Source: Escherichia coli
GTDB taxonomy: Bacteria > Pseudomonadota > Gammaproteobacteria > Enterobacterales > Enterobacteriaceae
Length of the DNA stretch: 64,000 nucleotides
Assembly (NCBI RefSeq): GCF_003334335.1
Contig: NZ_QOWQ01000014.1
Direction: 5' to 3' (one strand)
Shown: one piece after another, positions 40,470 to 50,516 of the stretch
How positions within the stretch are numbered: position 1 is the first letter of the stretch
Layout of the letters: each line of letters opens with the position of its first letter
Position numbers and translations under genes: made by a program
The notes under the pieces: generated by a model
Told to the model about the DNA's origin: nothing
The model's database searches: none
Seen by the model: the letters and a program-made list of their open reading frames with translations, nothing else

Positions 40470-40492
40470 TTGATGTATCTCAAATGCATCTT
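40470..40492 (-). promoter_or_regulatory. NsrR-type operator in the hmp promoter
   Basis: Minus strand reads AAGATGCATTTGAGATACATCAA, an imperfect inverted repeat resembling NsrR sites, 27-50 bp upstream of the hmp ATG. Confidence 0.5.
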
Positions 40493-40770
40493 ATAAAAAA
40501 TAGCCCTGCAATGTAAATGGTTCTTTGGTGTTTTTCAGAAAGAATGTGATGAAGTGAAAAATTTGCATCACAAACCTGAAAAGAAATCCGTTTCCGGTTG
40601 CAAGCTCTTTATTCTCCAAAGCCTTGCGTAGCCTGAAGGTAATCGTTTGCGTAAATTCCTTTGTCAAGACCTGTTATCGCACAATGATTCGGTTATACTG
40701 TTCGCCGTTGTCCAACAGGACCGCCTATAAAGGCCAAAAATTTTATTGTTAGCTGAGTCAGGAGATGCGG

Positions 40771-42024
40771 ATGTTAAAGCGTGAAATGAACATTGCCGAT
40801 TATGATGCCGAACTGTGGCAGGCTATGGAGCAGGAAAAAGTACGTCAGGAAGAGCACATCGAACTGATCGCCTCCGAAAACTACACCAGCCCGCGCGTAA
40901 TGCAGGCGCAGGGTTCTCAGCTGACCAACAAATATGCTGAAGGTTATCCGGGCAAACGCTACTACGGCGGTTGCGAGTATGTTGATATCGTTGAACAACT
41001 GGCGATCGATCGTGCGAAAGAACTGTTCGGCGCTGACTACGCTAACGTCCAGCCGCACTCCGGCTCCCAGGCTAACTTTGCGGTCTACACCGCGCTGCTG
41101 GAACCAGGTGATACCGTTCTGGGTATGAACCTGGCGCATGGCGGTCACCTGACTCACGGTTCTCCGGTTAACTTCTCCGGTAAACTGTACAACATCGTTC
41201 CTTACGGTATCGATGCTACCGGTCATATCGACTACGCCGATCTGGAAAAACAAGCCAAAGAACACAAGCCGAAAATGATTATCGGTGGTTTCTCTGCATA
41301 TTCCGGCGTGGTGGACTGGGCGAAAATGCGTGAAATCGCTGACAGCATCGGTGCTTACCTGTTCGTTGATATGGCGCACGTTGCGGGCCTGGTTGCTGCT
41401 GGCGTCTACCCGAACCCGGTTCCTCATGCTCACGTTGTTACTACCACCACTCACAAAACCCTGGCGGGTCCGCGCGGCGGCCTGATCCTGGCGAAAGGTG
41501 GTAGCGAAGAGCTGTACAAAAAACTGAACTCTGCCGTTTTCCCTGGTGGTCAGGGCGGTCCGTTGATGCACGTAATCGCCGGTAAAGCGGTTGCTCTGAA
41601 AGAAGCGATGGAGCCTGAGTTCAAAACTTACCAGCAGCAGGTCGCTAAAAACGCTAAAGCGATGGTAGAAGTGTTCCTCGAGCGCGGCTACAAAGTGGTT
41701 TCCGGCGGCACTGATAACCACCTGTTCCTGGTTGATCTGGTTGATAAAAACCTGACCGGTAAAGAAGCAGACGCCGCTCTGGGCCGTGCTAACATCACCG
41801 TCAACAAAAACAGCGTACCGAACGATCCGAAGAGCCCGTTTGTGACCTCCGGTATTCGTGTAGGTACTCCGGCGATTACCCGTCGCGGCTTTAAAGAAGC
41901 CGAAGCGAAAGAACTGGCTGGCTGGATGTGTGACGTGCTGGACAGCATCAATGATGAAGCCGTTATCGAGCGCATCAAAGGTAAAGTTCTCGACATCTGC
42001 GCACGTTACCCGGTTTACGCATAA
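40771..42024 (+). CDS. glyA: serine hydroxymethyltransferase
   Basis: ORF 40765..42024; ATG at 40771 ([41 protein letters not shown]...) gives 417 aa. Confidence 0.97.
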
Positions 42025-42063
42025 GCGAAACGGTGATTTGCTGTCAATGTGCTCGTTGTTCAT

Positions 42064-42162
42064 GCCGGATGCGGCGTGAACGCCTTATCCGGCCTACAAA
42101 ACTTTGCAAATTCAATATATTGCAATCTCCGTGTAGGCCTGATAAGCGTAGCGCATCAGGCA
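42064..42162. repeat. BIME/RIP-type element (second copy)
   Basis: Same REP - CAAATTCAATATATTGCA spacer - REP architecture as 11898..11996; followed by hairpin AAGGCTTCC-TTCG-GGAAGCCTT at 42183..42204. Confidence 0.85.
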
Positions 42163-42221
42163 ATTTTTCGTTTATGATCATCAAGGCTTCCTTCGGGAAG
42201 CCTTTCTACGTTATCGCGCCA

Positions 42222-43415
42222 TCAAATCTGTCGTAACTGCGCCTCAACATACAAATAGCCAATTCCCAGCACCTGTTGTGCGCGGCTTAATTGCCCAAAG
42301 CCAATTTGCGTCGCTTTCACGCTCGGTCCTTCGTCGCGGTCGAACGGGTTAAATCCTGTCTGGCGAATAATAGTATTAAGCCAGTTCTCACCAAAGGCAC
42401 AACTGCGACCGTACAACCAAATCTGATTAATATTGAGGATGTTGAGGAAGTTATACAGACTCAAACCAATGGCATTGGCAGAGCGATCAACCCAGCTGGT
42501 GATCCACGGTTCTCCACTTTGCCAGGCAGCGATTAACTGCGCTGTAGTCAGTTTTTCAGGATCAAGTTGAGTACTAACCGGTTGTGATTTTAGCCATACC
42601 CGCGCCTGTTTTTTTAATGCGCTTAACGAGGCGACGGTTTCCAGGCAGCCATAACGTCCACAGTCGCAGACGACGCCATCCGGATTAACGATGGTGTGAC
42701 CAATCTGTCCGCTACCATACAAACTGCCGCGATAAATTTGCTCGTTAATCACGAACGACGAGCCAATGCCGTAATCAACGTTGATCACGCAGAAATCCCG
42801 TTCCTGCGAATTATTTTGCCATTTCTCCGCCAGCGCCAGCATCACGCAGTCATTATCGACCATCACCCGAATGCCGAGCTTCTCTTCCAGCAGATATTTC
42901 ACCTCCACCGGCGTTGTCCACGGCGCTTGCGGCATGGTTTGCGACACGCCGGTCACAGGATCAACCTGACCGTGGATTGCCAACGCCAGGTTGATGGTAT
43001 GGTCCGGCCACAATTTACGGTGGCGATGCCAGCATTTTTCGATTTCGGACAGCAGCGCCTGCGGCGTCGGTGCATCAATCTGTAAATACTCAAATTCACC
43101 TTTCGGACTTAAACAAGCATTAGCAACCTGACACTCAATACTGGTGGGCGTCACGTTCAGGCACAGCGTCCAGTCACCTTCCGGCGCAATCAGCCATGTA
43201 CCGCTACTATGCCCGCGCGTCTGGCTTTCATCGTCAATATTCACCACCCGTTTTTCGCTTTCCAGTTCCTGCAAAATATTACTGACTGCCGGAATCGAAA
43301 TTTGCGCCAGCCGGGCCAGCGTTGATTTATTGGCGCGCTTTTGCCGGTACAGCAGTTCCAGAATCACGCATTTGTTATGGTGGCGAATCTGTTGATTATT
43401 AATGCAGGCTCTCAT
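42222..43415 (-). CDS. yphH: ROK-family transcriptional regulator / sugar kinase-like protein
   Basis: ORF 42222..43421 minus; ATG at 43415 (MRACINNQQIRHHNKCVILELLYRQKRANKSTLARLAQ...) gives 397 aa; N-terminal HTH plus ROK zinc motif CDCGRYGC. Confidence 0.85.
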   Translation of the reverse strand: MRACINNQQIRHHNKCVILELLYRQKRANKSTLARLAQISIPAVSNILQELESEKRVVNIDDESQTRGHSSGTWLIAPEGDWTLCLNVTPTSIECQVANACLSPKGEFEYLQIDAPTPQALLSEIEKCWHRHRKLWPDHTINLALAIHGQVDPVTGVSQTMPQAPWTTPVEVKYLLEEKLGIRVMVDNDCVMLALAEKWQNNSQERDFCVINVDYGIGSSFVINEQIYRGSLYGSGQIGHTIVNPDGVVCDCGRYGCLETVASLSALKKQARVWLKSQPVSTQLDPEKLTTAQLIAAWQSGEPWITSWVDRSANAIGLSLYNFLNILNINQIWLYGRSCAFGENWLNTIIRQTGFNPFDRDEGPSVKATQIGFGQLSRAQQVLGIGYLYVEAQLRQI

Positions 43416-43532
43416 CTTCACTAAACCTTGTTTAGTTAATTGCGTGATTATTCCGCGAAAACATTGCCAGATTGTTCAATACACTGCCACAAATCTTTTA
43501 ATTCAGTATGTCTTGTTAATATTGAGGGCACC

Positions 43533-46500
43533 ATGACTCCAGTAAAAGTGTGGCAAGAGCGCGTTGAGATCCCGACCTATGAAACCGGGCCGCAGGATAT
43601 ACATCCCATGTTCCTGGAAAATCGCGTTTATCAGGGATCGTCCGGCGCGGTTTATCCCTACGGCGTGACCGATACGCTGAGCGAGCAGAAAACCCTGAAA
43701 TCCTGGCAGGCGGTGTGGCTGGAAAACGACTACATCAAAGTGATGATCCTGCCGGAACTGGGCGGTCGGGTGCATCGCGCGTGGGATAAAGTGAAACAGC
43801 GCGATTTTGTTTATCACAATGAAGTCATTAAACCTGCGCTGGTGGGGCTGCTGGGGCCGTGGATTTCCGGTGGGATTGAGTTTAACTGGCCGCAACATCA
43901 TCGCCCGACCACCTTTATGCCCGTTGATTTCACCCTCGAAGCCCATGAAGACGGTGCACAGACGGTGTGGGTAGGCGAAACGGAGCCGATGCATGGTTTA
44001 CAGGTGATGACAGGTTTCACCCTGCGCCCTGACCGGGCGGCGCTGGAAATCGCCAGCCGCGTCTATAACGGGAACGCCACGCCGCGTCATTTCTTGTGGT
44101 GGGCCAACCCGGCAGTGAAAGGGGGGGAAGGGCATCAGAGCGTCTTCCCGCCGGATGTAACGGCGGTGTTTGATCACGGCAAACGGGCCGTCTCCGCTTT
44201 CCCCATCGCTACCGGCACTTACTACAAAGTGGACTACTCCGCTGGAGTGGACATTTCTCGCTATAAAAATGTGCCTGTTCCAACCTCATATATGGCCGAA
44301 AAATCGCAGTACGATTTTGTCGGCGCGTGGTGTCACGATGAAGATGGCGGTTTGCTGCACGTTGCCAACCACCATATTGCGCCAGGTAAAAAACAGTGGA
44401 GTTGGGGACACAGTGAATTTGGCCAGGCGTGGGATAAGAGTCTGACCGACAATAACGGCCCGTATATCGAACTGATGACCGGTATTTTTGCCGATAACCA
44501 GCCCGATTTTACCTGGCTTGATGCTTACGAAGAGAAGCGTTTTGAGCAGTATTTCCTGCCTTATCATTCTTTGGGCATGGTGCAAAATGCCTCCCGCGAT
44601 GCGGTGATAAAACTCCAGCGTAGTAAGCGGGGGATTGAGTGGGGGCTGTATGCCATCTCTCCGTTGAACGGATACCGCCTGGCGATCCGCGAAATCGGTA
44701 AATGCAACGCGTTACTTGATGATGCCGTGGCACTGATGCCTGCGACCGCCATCCAGGGCGTGTTGCACGGTATCAATCCTGAAAGGCTGACCATTGAGCT
44801 CTCCGATGCCGACGGCAATATTGTACTGAGTTATCAGGAACATCAGCCGCAAGCGTTGCCGTTACCGGACGTCGCCAAAGCGCCACTGGCAGCACAAGAC
44901 ATTACCAGTACAGATGAAGCCTGGTTTATCGGTCAGCATCTGGAGCAATATCATCACGCCAGCCGTTCACCGTTCGATTACTACCTGCGCGGCGTGGCGC
45001 TGGACCCGCTGGATTATCGCTGTAACCTGGCGCTGGCGATGCTGGAATATAACCGCGCAGATTTCCCGCAAGCGGTGGCGTATGCCACTCAGGCTCTGAA
45101 ACGCGCACATTCGCTGAACAAAAATCCGCAGTGCGGACAGGCGAGTTTGATTCGCGCCAGTGCTTACGAACGTCAGGGACAATATCAACAAGCCGAAGAG
45201 GATTTCTGGCGTGCGGTCTGGAGCGGCAACAGCAAAGCCGGTGGCTATTATGGCCTGGCACGACTGGCGGCGCGTAATGGTAACTTCGACGCTGGTCTGG
45301 ATTTTTGCCAACAAAGTCTTCGCGCCTGCCCAACCAATCAGGAAGTGCTTTGCCTGCATAATCTGCTGCTGGTGTTAAGTGGTCGTCAGGACAACGCGCG
45401 TGTGCAGCGCGAGAAACTGCTGCGCGATTATCCGCTGAACGCCACTCTGTGGTGGCTGAACTGGTTCGATGGTCGTAGCGAATCAGCTCTCGCGCAGTGG
45501 CGCGGTCTGTGTCAGGGACGCGACGTTAACGCCCTGATGACCGCCGGGCAACTGATTAACTGGGGAATGCCCACCCTGGCGGCAGAGATGCTGAACGCAC
45601 TGGACTGCCAGCGCACGCTGCCGCTTTACCTGCAAGCCAGCTTGCTGCCGAAAGCCGAACGTGGCGAACTGGTCGCAAAAGCCATTGATGTCTTCCCGCA
45701 GTTTGTCCGTTTCCCGAATACGCTGGAAGAAGTGGCGGCGCTGGAGAGTATTGAAGAGTGCTGGTTTGCTCGCCATTTACTAGCTTGCTTCTACTACAAC
45801 AAACGTAGCTACAACAAAGCCATTGCCTTTTGGCAACGTTGCGTAGAGATGTCGCCGGAGTTTGCCGACGGCTGGCGCGGGTTAGCGATCCATGCGTGGA
45901 ATAAGCAACACGATTATGAGCTGGCCGCGCGTTATCTTGATAATGCTTATCAGCTTGCGCCGCAGGATGCACGTCTGCTTTTCGAACGGGATTTGCTGGA
46001 TAAGTTAAGTGGAGCCACACCGGAGAAACGACTGGCGCGTCTGGAAAATAATCTGGAAATTGCGCTGAAACGCGACGACATGACCGCAGAACTGCTCAAT
46101 TTGTGGCATCTCACGGGTCAGGCAGACAAAGCGGCGGACATTCTCGCCACGCGCAAATTCCACCCGTGGGAAGGCGGGGAAGGGAAGGTCACCAGTCAGT
46201 TTATCCTCAACCAGTTATTACGCGCCTGGCAGCATCTTGATGCCAGACAGCCGCAGCAGGCCTGCGAACTGCTTCATGCCGCGCTGCATTATCCGGAGAA
46301 TTTAAGCGAAGGCCGTTTACCGGGGCAAACTGATAACGACATCTGGTTCTGGCAGGCGATATGCGCCAACGCGCAGGGCGATGAAACTGAAGCGACGCGT
46401 TGTTTACGTCTGGCGGCGACCGGCGATCGCACTATTAACATTCACAGTTATTACAACGATCAGCCGGTTGATTATCTCTTCTGGCAAGGGATGGCGCTGC

Positions 46501-46814
46501 GACTGCTGGGCGAACAACAAACCGCACAGCAACTGTTTAGTGAAATGAAACAGTGGGCGCAAGAGATGGCGAAAACCAGTATCGAAGCGGATTTCTTTGC
46601 CGTCTCGCAACCTGACTTGTTGTCGCTGTATGGCGATTTACAACAGCAGCATAAAGAAAAATGCCTGATGGTGGCGATGCTGGCGTCCGCGGGACTCGGG
46701 GAGGTTGCGCAATATGAGTCTGCTCGCGCTGAATTGACGGCGATTAATCCGGCTTGGCCGAAAGCGGCATTATTCACCACCGTGATGCCTTTTATTTTTA
46801 ACCGCGTTCACTAA
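43533..46814 (+). CDS. yphG: large uncharacterised protein YphG (N-terminal beta-rich domain, C-terminal TPR-like helical repeats)
   Basis: ORF 43440..46814; ATG at 43533 (MTPVKVWQERVEIPTYETGPQD...) gives 1093 aa; no function recognisable from sequence alone. Confidence 0.85.
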   Translation: MTPVKVWQERVEIPTYETGPQDIHPMFLENRVYQGSSGAVYPYGVTDTLSEQKTLKSWQAVWLENDYIKVMILPELGGRVHRAWDKVKQRDFVYHNEVIKPALVGLLGPWISGGIEFNWPQHHRPTTFMPVDFTLEAHEDGAQTVWVGETEPMHGLQVMTGFTLRPDRAALEIASRVYNGNATPRHFLWWANPAVKGGEGHQSVFPPDVTAVFDHGKRAVSAFPIATGTYYKVDYSAGVDISRYKNVPVPTSYMAEKSQYDFVGAWCHDEDGGLLHVANHHIAPGKKQWSWGHSEFGQAWDKSLTDNNGPYIELMTGIFADNQPDFTWLDAYEEKRFEQYFLPYHSLGMVQNASRDAVIKLQRSKRGIEWGLYAISPLNGYRLAIREIGKCNALLDDAVALMPATAIQGVLHGINPERLTIELSDADGNIVLSYQEHQPQALPLPDVAKAPLAAQDITSTDEAWFIGQHLEQYHHASRSPFDYYLRGVALDPLDYRCNLALAMLEYNRADFPQAVAYATQALKRAHSLNKNPQCGQASLIRASAYERQGQYQQAEEDFWRAVWSGNSKAGGYYGLARLAARNGNFDAGLDFCQQSLRACPTNQEVLCLHNLLLVLSGRQDNARVQREKLLRDYPLNATLWWLNWFDGRSESALAQWRGLCQGRDVNALMTAGQLINWGMPTLAAEMLNALDCQRTLPLYLQASLLPKAERGELVAKAIDVFPQFVRFPNTLEEVAALESIEECWFARHLLACFYYNKRSYNKAIAFWQRCVEMSPEFADGWRGLAIHAWNKQHDYELAARYLDNAYQLAPQDARLLFERDLLDKLSGATPEKRLARLENNLEIALKRDDMTAELLNLWHLTGQADKAADILATRKFHPWEGGEGKVTSQFILNQLLRAWQHLDARQPQQACELLHAALHYPENLSEGRLPGQTDNDIWFWQAICANAQGDETEATRCLRLAATGDRTINIHSYYNDQPVDYLFWQGMALRLLGEQQTAQQLFSEMKQWAQEMAKTSIEADFFAVSQPDLLSLYGDLQQQHKEKCLMVAMLASAGLGEVAQYESARAELTAINPAWPKAALFTTVMPFIFNRVH

Positions 46815-46910
46815 ACCCTATTAACTGTAATATTTGAGCGGCACGCGCTGCCGCTCATCACAAAATAATTAGAATAAGCCGTTGTTAATAAAAACCCTAC
46901 AGGAGGCTCT

Positions 46911-47894
46911 ATGCCTACAAAAATGAGAACAACCCGTAATCTATTATTAATGGCTACGCTATTAGGTAGCGCACTATTTGCCAGGGCTGCGGAAAAAGAA
47001 ATGACCATTGGCGCAATATACCTTGATACTCAGGGATACTACGCTGGAGTGCGTCAGGGCGTTCAGGATGCGGCAAAAGATTCCTCAGTACAAGTTCAGT
47101 TAATAGAAACTAACGCCCAGGGTGATATTTCGAAAGAAAGTACCTTTGTTGATACCCTCGTGGCGCGTAATGTCGATGCCATTATTTTATCGGCAGTGTC
47201 TGAAAATGGCAGTAGCCGTACCGTTCGTCGCGCCAGTGAAGCGGGCATTCCGGTGATTTGCTACAACACCTGTATTAATCAAAAGGGGGTCGATAAATAT
47301 GTCTCGGCGTATCTGGTCGGCGATCCGCTGGAATTTGGTAAAAAACTGGGTAACGCTGCCGCTGATTATTTTATTGCCAATAAAATTGACCAGCCGAAAA
47401 TTGCCGTCATCAATTGCGAAGCCTTTGAAGTTTGTGTGCAGCGACGTAAAGGATTTGAAGAAGTTTTAAAATCCCGCGTTCCCGGCGCGCAAATTGTCGC
47501 TAATCAGGAAGGGACTGTTTTAGATAAAGCGATTTCCGTTGGTGAAAAACTAATTATCTCCACGCCGGATCTCAACGCCATTATGGGGGAATCGGGCGGT
47601 GCGACACTCGGCGCGGTAAAAGCGGTACGTAATCAAAATCAGGCCGGAAAAATTGCTGTTTTCGGTTCGGATATGACAACCGAAATTGCTCAGGAGCTGG
47701 AAAACAATCAGGTGCTGAAAGCGGTAGTGGATATTTCCGGTAAGAAAATGGGCAATGCTGTTTTCGCGCAAACATTGAAGGTTATCAATAAACAAGCCGA
47801 CGGTGAAAAAGTGATTCAGGTGCCTATCGATCTCTATACCAAAACGGAAGACGGTAAACAGTGGCTGGCAACGCACGTTGATGGTCTGCCCTAA
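46911..47894 (+). CDS. yphF: periplasmic sugar-binding protein of an ABC transporter
   Basis: 327 aa with signal peptide MPTKMRTTRNLLLMATLLGSALFARA; type I periplasmic binding-protein fold. Confidence 0.88.
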   Translation: MPTKMRTTRNLLLMATLLGSALFARAAEKEMTIGAIYLDTQGYYAGVRQGVQDAAKDSSVQVQLIETNAQGDISKESTFVDTLVARNVDAIILSAVSENGSSRTVRRASEAGIPVICYNTCINQKGVDKYVSAYLVGDPLEFGKKLGNAAADYFIANKIDQPKIAVINCEAFEVCVQRRKGFEEVLKSRVPGAQIVANQEGTVLDKAISVGEKLIISTPDLNAIMGESGGATLGAVKAVRNQNQAGKIAVFGSDMTTEIAQELENNQVLKAVVDISGKKMGNAVFAQTLKVINKQADGEKVIQVPIDLYTKTEDGKQWLATHVDGLP

Positions 47895-47916
47895 TCGCTG
47901 ATTCGCAGAGGTCCCT

Positions 47917-49428
47917 ATGTTCACGGCAACAGAGGCAGTCCCGGTAGCAAAAGTGGTGGCAGGAAATAAGCGTTATCCCGGCGTCGTTGCGCTGGATAAC
48001 GTTAACTTCACGCTCAATAAAGGCGAAGTTCGTGCGCTGTTAGGTAAAAACGGCGCGGGCAAATCGACTCTCATTCGAATGCTTACCGGCAGCGAACGCC
48101 CGGATAGCGGTGATATCTGGATTGGCGAGACGCGACTGGAAGGTGACGAAGCTACGCTGACTCGCCGTGCCGCTGAACTGGGGGTGCGCGCGGTTTATCA
48201 GGAGTTAAGTCTGGTGGAAGGGCTGACAGTGGCGGAAAACCTCTGCCTCGGTCAGTGGCCCCGCCGCAACGGCATGATTGATTACCTGCAAATGGCGCAG
48301 GATGCCCAACGTTGCTTACAGGCGCTGGGCGTTGACGTTAGTCCTGAACAACTTGTTTCAACGCTAAGCCCGGCGCAAAAGCAGCTGGTGGAAATTGCGC
48401 GGGTGATGAAGGGCGAGCCGCGCGTGGTCATTCTTGATGAACCTACCAGTTCGCTTGCGAGTGCGGAAGTTGAACTGGTGATCAGCGCGGTGAAAAAGAT
48501 GTCGGCACTGGGCGTGGCGGTGATTTATGTCAGCCACCGGATGGAAGAAATTCGCCGCATTGCCTCCTGTGCCACCGTTATGCGCGATGGTCAGGTGGCG
48601 GGCGATGTGATGCTCGAAAACACCTCCACGCATCATATTGTGTCGCTGATGCTCGGGCGCGATCACGTTGATATTGCGCCGGTAGCCCCTCAGGAAATTG
48701 TGGATCAGGCCGTGCTGGAAGTCCGTGCGTTACGCCATAAGCCCAAGCTGGAGGATATCAGTTTTACGCTACGTCGTGGCGAAGTGCTCGGCATTGCTGG
48801 TCTGCTGGGGGCAGGGCGCAGTGAATTGCTGAAGGCGATTGTTGGGCTGGAGGAGTATGAACAGGGCGAAATTGTTATCAACGGCGAGAAAATCACGCGC
48901 CCCGATTACGGCGACATGCTGAAACGCGGCATTGGCTATACGCCAGAAAACCGCAAAGAAGCGGGGATCATTCCCTGGTTGGGCGTTGACGAAAATACAG
49001 TGCTGACCAATCGGCAAAAAATCAGCGCCAACGGTGTGCTGCAATGGTCCACCATCCGCCGCCTGACCGAAGAGGTGATGCAGCGGATGACGGTCAAGGC
49101 CGCCAGTAGCGAAACACCCATCGGCACGCTTTCTGGTGGCAATCAGCAAAAAGTGGTGATCGGTCGTTGGGTCTATGCTGCCAGCCAGATTTTGTTGCTC
49201 GACGAGCCAACGCGCGGCGTCGATATCGAAGCCAAACAGCAGATTTACCGTATTGTCCGTGAGCTGGCTGCCGAAGGAAAAAGCGTGGTGTTTATCTCCA
49301 GTGAAGTGGAGGAGTTGCCGCTGGTGTGTGACCGCATCCTGTTATTACAGCACGGCACGTTCTCGCAGGAGTTTCACGCTCCGGTCAATGTGGATGAGCT
49401 GATGTCCGCCATTCTGTCTGTGCACTGA
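47917..49428 (+). CDS. yphE: ABC transporter ATP-binding protein with two nucleotide-binding domains
   Basis: 503 aa; Walker A GKNGAGKST and second GLLGAGRSE; resembles RbsA/MglA-type sugar importers. Confidence 0.9.
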   Translation: MFTATEAVPVAKVVAGNKRYPGVVALDNVNFTLNKGEVRALLGKNGAGKSTLIRMLTGSERPDSGDIWIGETRLEGDEATLTRRAAELGVRAVYQELSLVEGLTVAENLCLGQWPRRNGMIDYLQMAQDAQRCLQALGVDVSPEQLVSTLSPAQKQLVEIARVMKGEPRVVILDEPTSSLASAEVELVISAVKKMSALGVAVIYVSHRMEEIRRIASCATVMRDGQVAGDVMLENTSTHHIVSLMLGRDHVDIAPVAPQEIVDQAVLEVRALRHKPKLEDISFTLRRGEVLGIAGLLGAGRSELLKAIVGLEEYEQGEIVINGEKITRPDYGDMLKRGIGYTPENRKEAGIIPWLGVDENTVLTNRQKISANGVLQWSTIRRLTEEVMQRMTVKAASSETPIGTLSGGNQQKVVIGRWVYAASQILLLDEPTRGVDIEAKQQIYRIVRELAAEGKSVVFISSEVEELPLVCDRILLLQHGTFSQEFHAPVNVDELMSAILSVH

Positions 49429-49452
49429 TGAATTTTACCGAGGAACCTGAAG

Positions 49453-50451
49453 ATGTCTGCTTCGTCATTACCATTGCCGCAGGGCAAGAGCGTCTCGCTC
49501 AAACAATTTGTCAGTCGCCATATTAATGAGATCGGTTTGCTGGTGGTGATTGCCATTCTTTATCTGGTCTTCTCCCTGAACGCGCCTGGCTTTATCTCAT
49601 TGAATAACCAGATGAACGTGCTGCGCGATGCCGCCACCATTGGGATTGCCGCCTGGGCGATGACGCTGATTATTATCTCCGGTGAAATTGATGTCAGCGT
49701 TGGGCCGATGGTGGCTTTTGTCTCGGTGTGCCTGGCATTTTTGCTGCAATTTGAAGTTCCGCTGGCGGTGGCGTGCCTGCTGGTGTTGCTGTTAGGCGCG
49801 CTGATGGGAACGCTGGCCGGGGTGCTGCGCGGCGTGTTTAATGTACCAAGTTTCGTTGCCACACTGGGGCTGTGGAGCGCCCTGCGCGGAATGGGGCTGT
49901 TTATGACGAACGCACTGCCAGTGCCGATTGATGAAAACGAGGTGCTGGACTGGCTGGGCGGACAATTTCTCGGTGTGCCGGTATCCGCGCTGATCATGAT
50001 TGTGTTGTTTGCGCTGTTTGTGTTCATCAGCCGCAAAACCGCCTTCGGGCGCTCGGTTTTTGCCGTTGGCGGTAATGCTACGGCGGCGCAGTTGTGCGGC
50101 ATCAACGTTCGTCGGGTGCGCATTCTTATCTTTACCCTTTCGGGATTATTAGCGGCGGTGACCGGCATTTTGTTGGCGGCGCGCCTCAGTTCTGGTAACG
50201 CAGGTGCCGCAAACGGTCTGGAGTTTGACGTCATCGCCGCGGTCGTGGTCGGCGGTACGGCACTTTCCGGCGGTCGCGGTTCCCTGTTCGGTACATTGCT
50301 TGGTGTGCTGGTGATTACGCTAATCGGTAACGGTCTGGTGCTGCTCGGTATTAACTCCTTTTTCCAGCAGGTGGTACGCGGCGTCATCATCGTGGTGGCG
50401 GTGCTGGCGAATATCTTGCTGACCCAGCGAAGCAGTAAAGCGAAACGCTAA
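49453..50451 (+). CDS. yphD: ABC transporter permease (RbsC-like)
   Basis: 332-aa polytopic membrane protein directly downstream of yphE. Confidence 0.88.
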   Translation: MSASSLPLPQGKSVSLKQFVSRHINEIGLLVVIAILYLVFSLNAPGFISLNNQMNVLRDAATIGIAAWAMTLIIISGEIDVSVGPMVAFVSVCLAFLLQFEVPLAVACLLVLLLGALMGTLAGVLRGVFNVPSFVATLGLWSALRGMGLFMTNALPVPIDENEVLDWLGGQFLGVPVSALIMIVLFALFVFISRKTAFGRSVFAVGGNATAAQLCGINVRRVRILIFTLSGLLAAVTGILLAARLSSGNAGAANGLEFDVIAAVVVGGTALSGGRGSLFGTLLGVLVITLIGNGLVLLGINSFFQQVVRGVIIVVAVLANILLTQRSSKAKR

Positions 50452-50516
50452 ACCTTAACGCCCCTGGCGCGGGTGCGGCAGGGATGAAAATTAATCGTAT
50501 TGTTAATGAGGGATTT

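Noticed and set aside
40774-42063. 429-aa ORF on the minus strand completely overlapping glyA
   Set aside because: glyA on the plus strand is unambiguous; the antisense frame is open only because of codon bias in a highly expressed GC-rich gene, has no start context, and its translation has no recognisable fold or motif.
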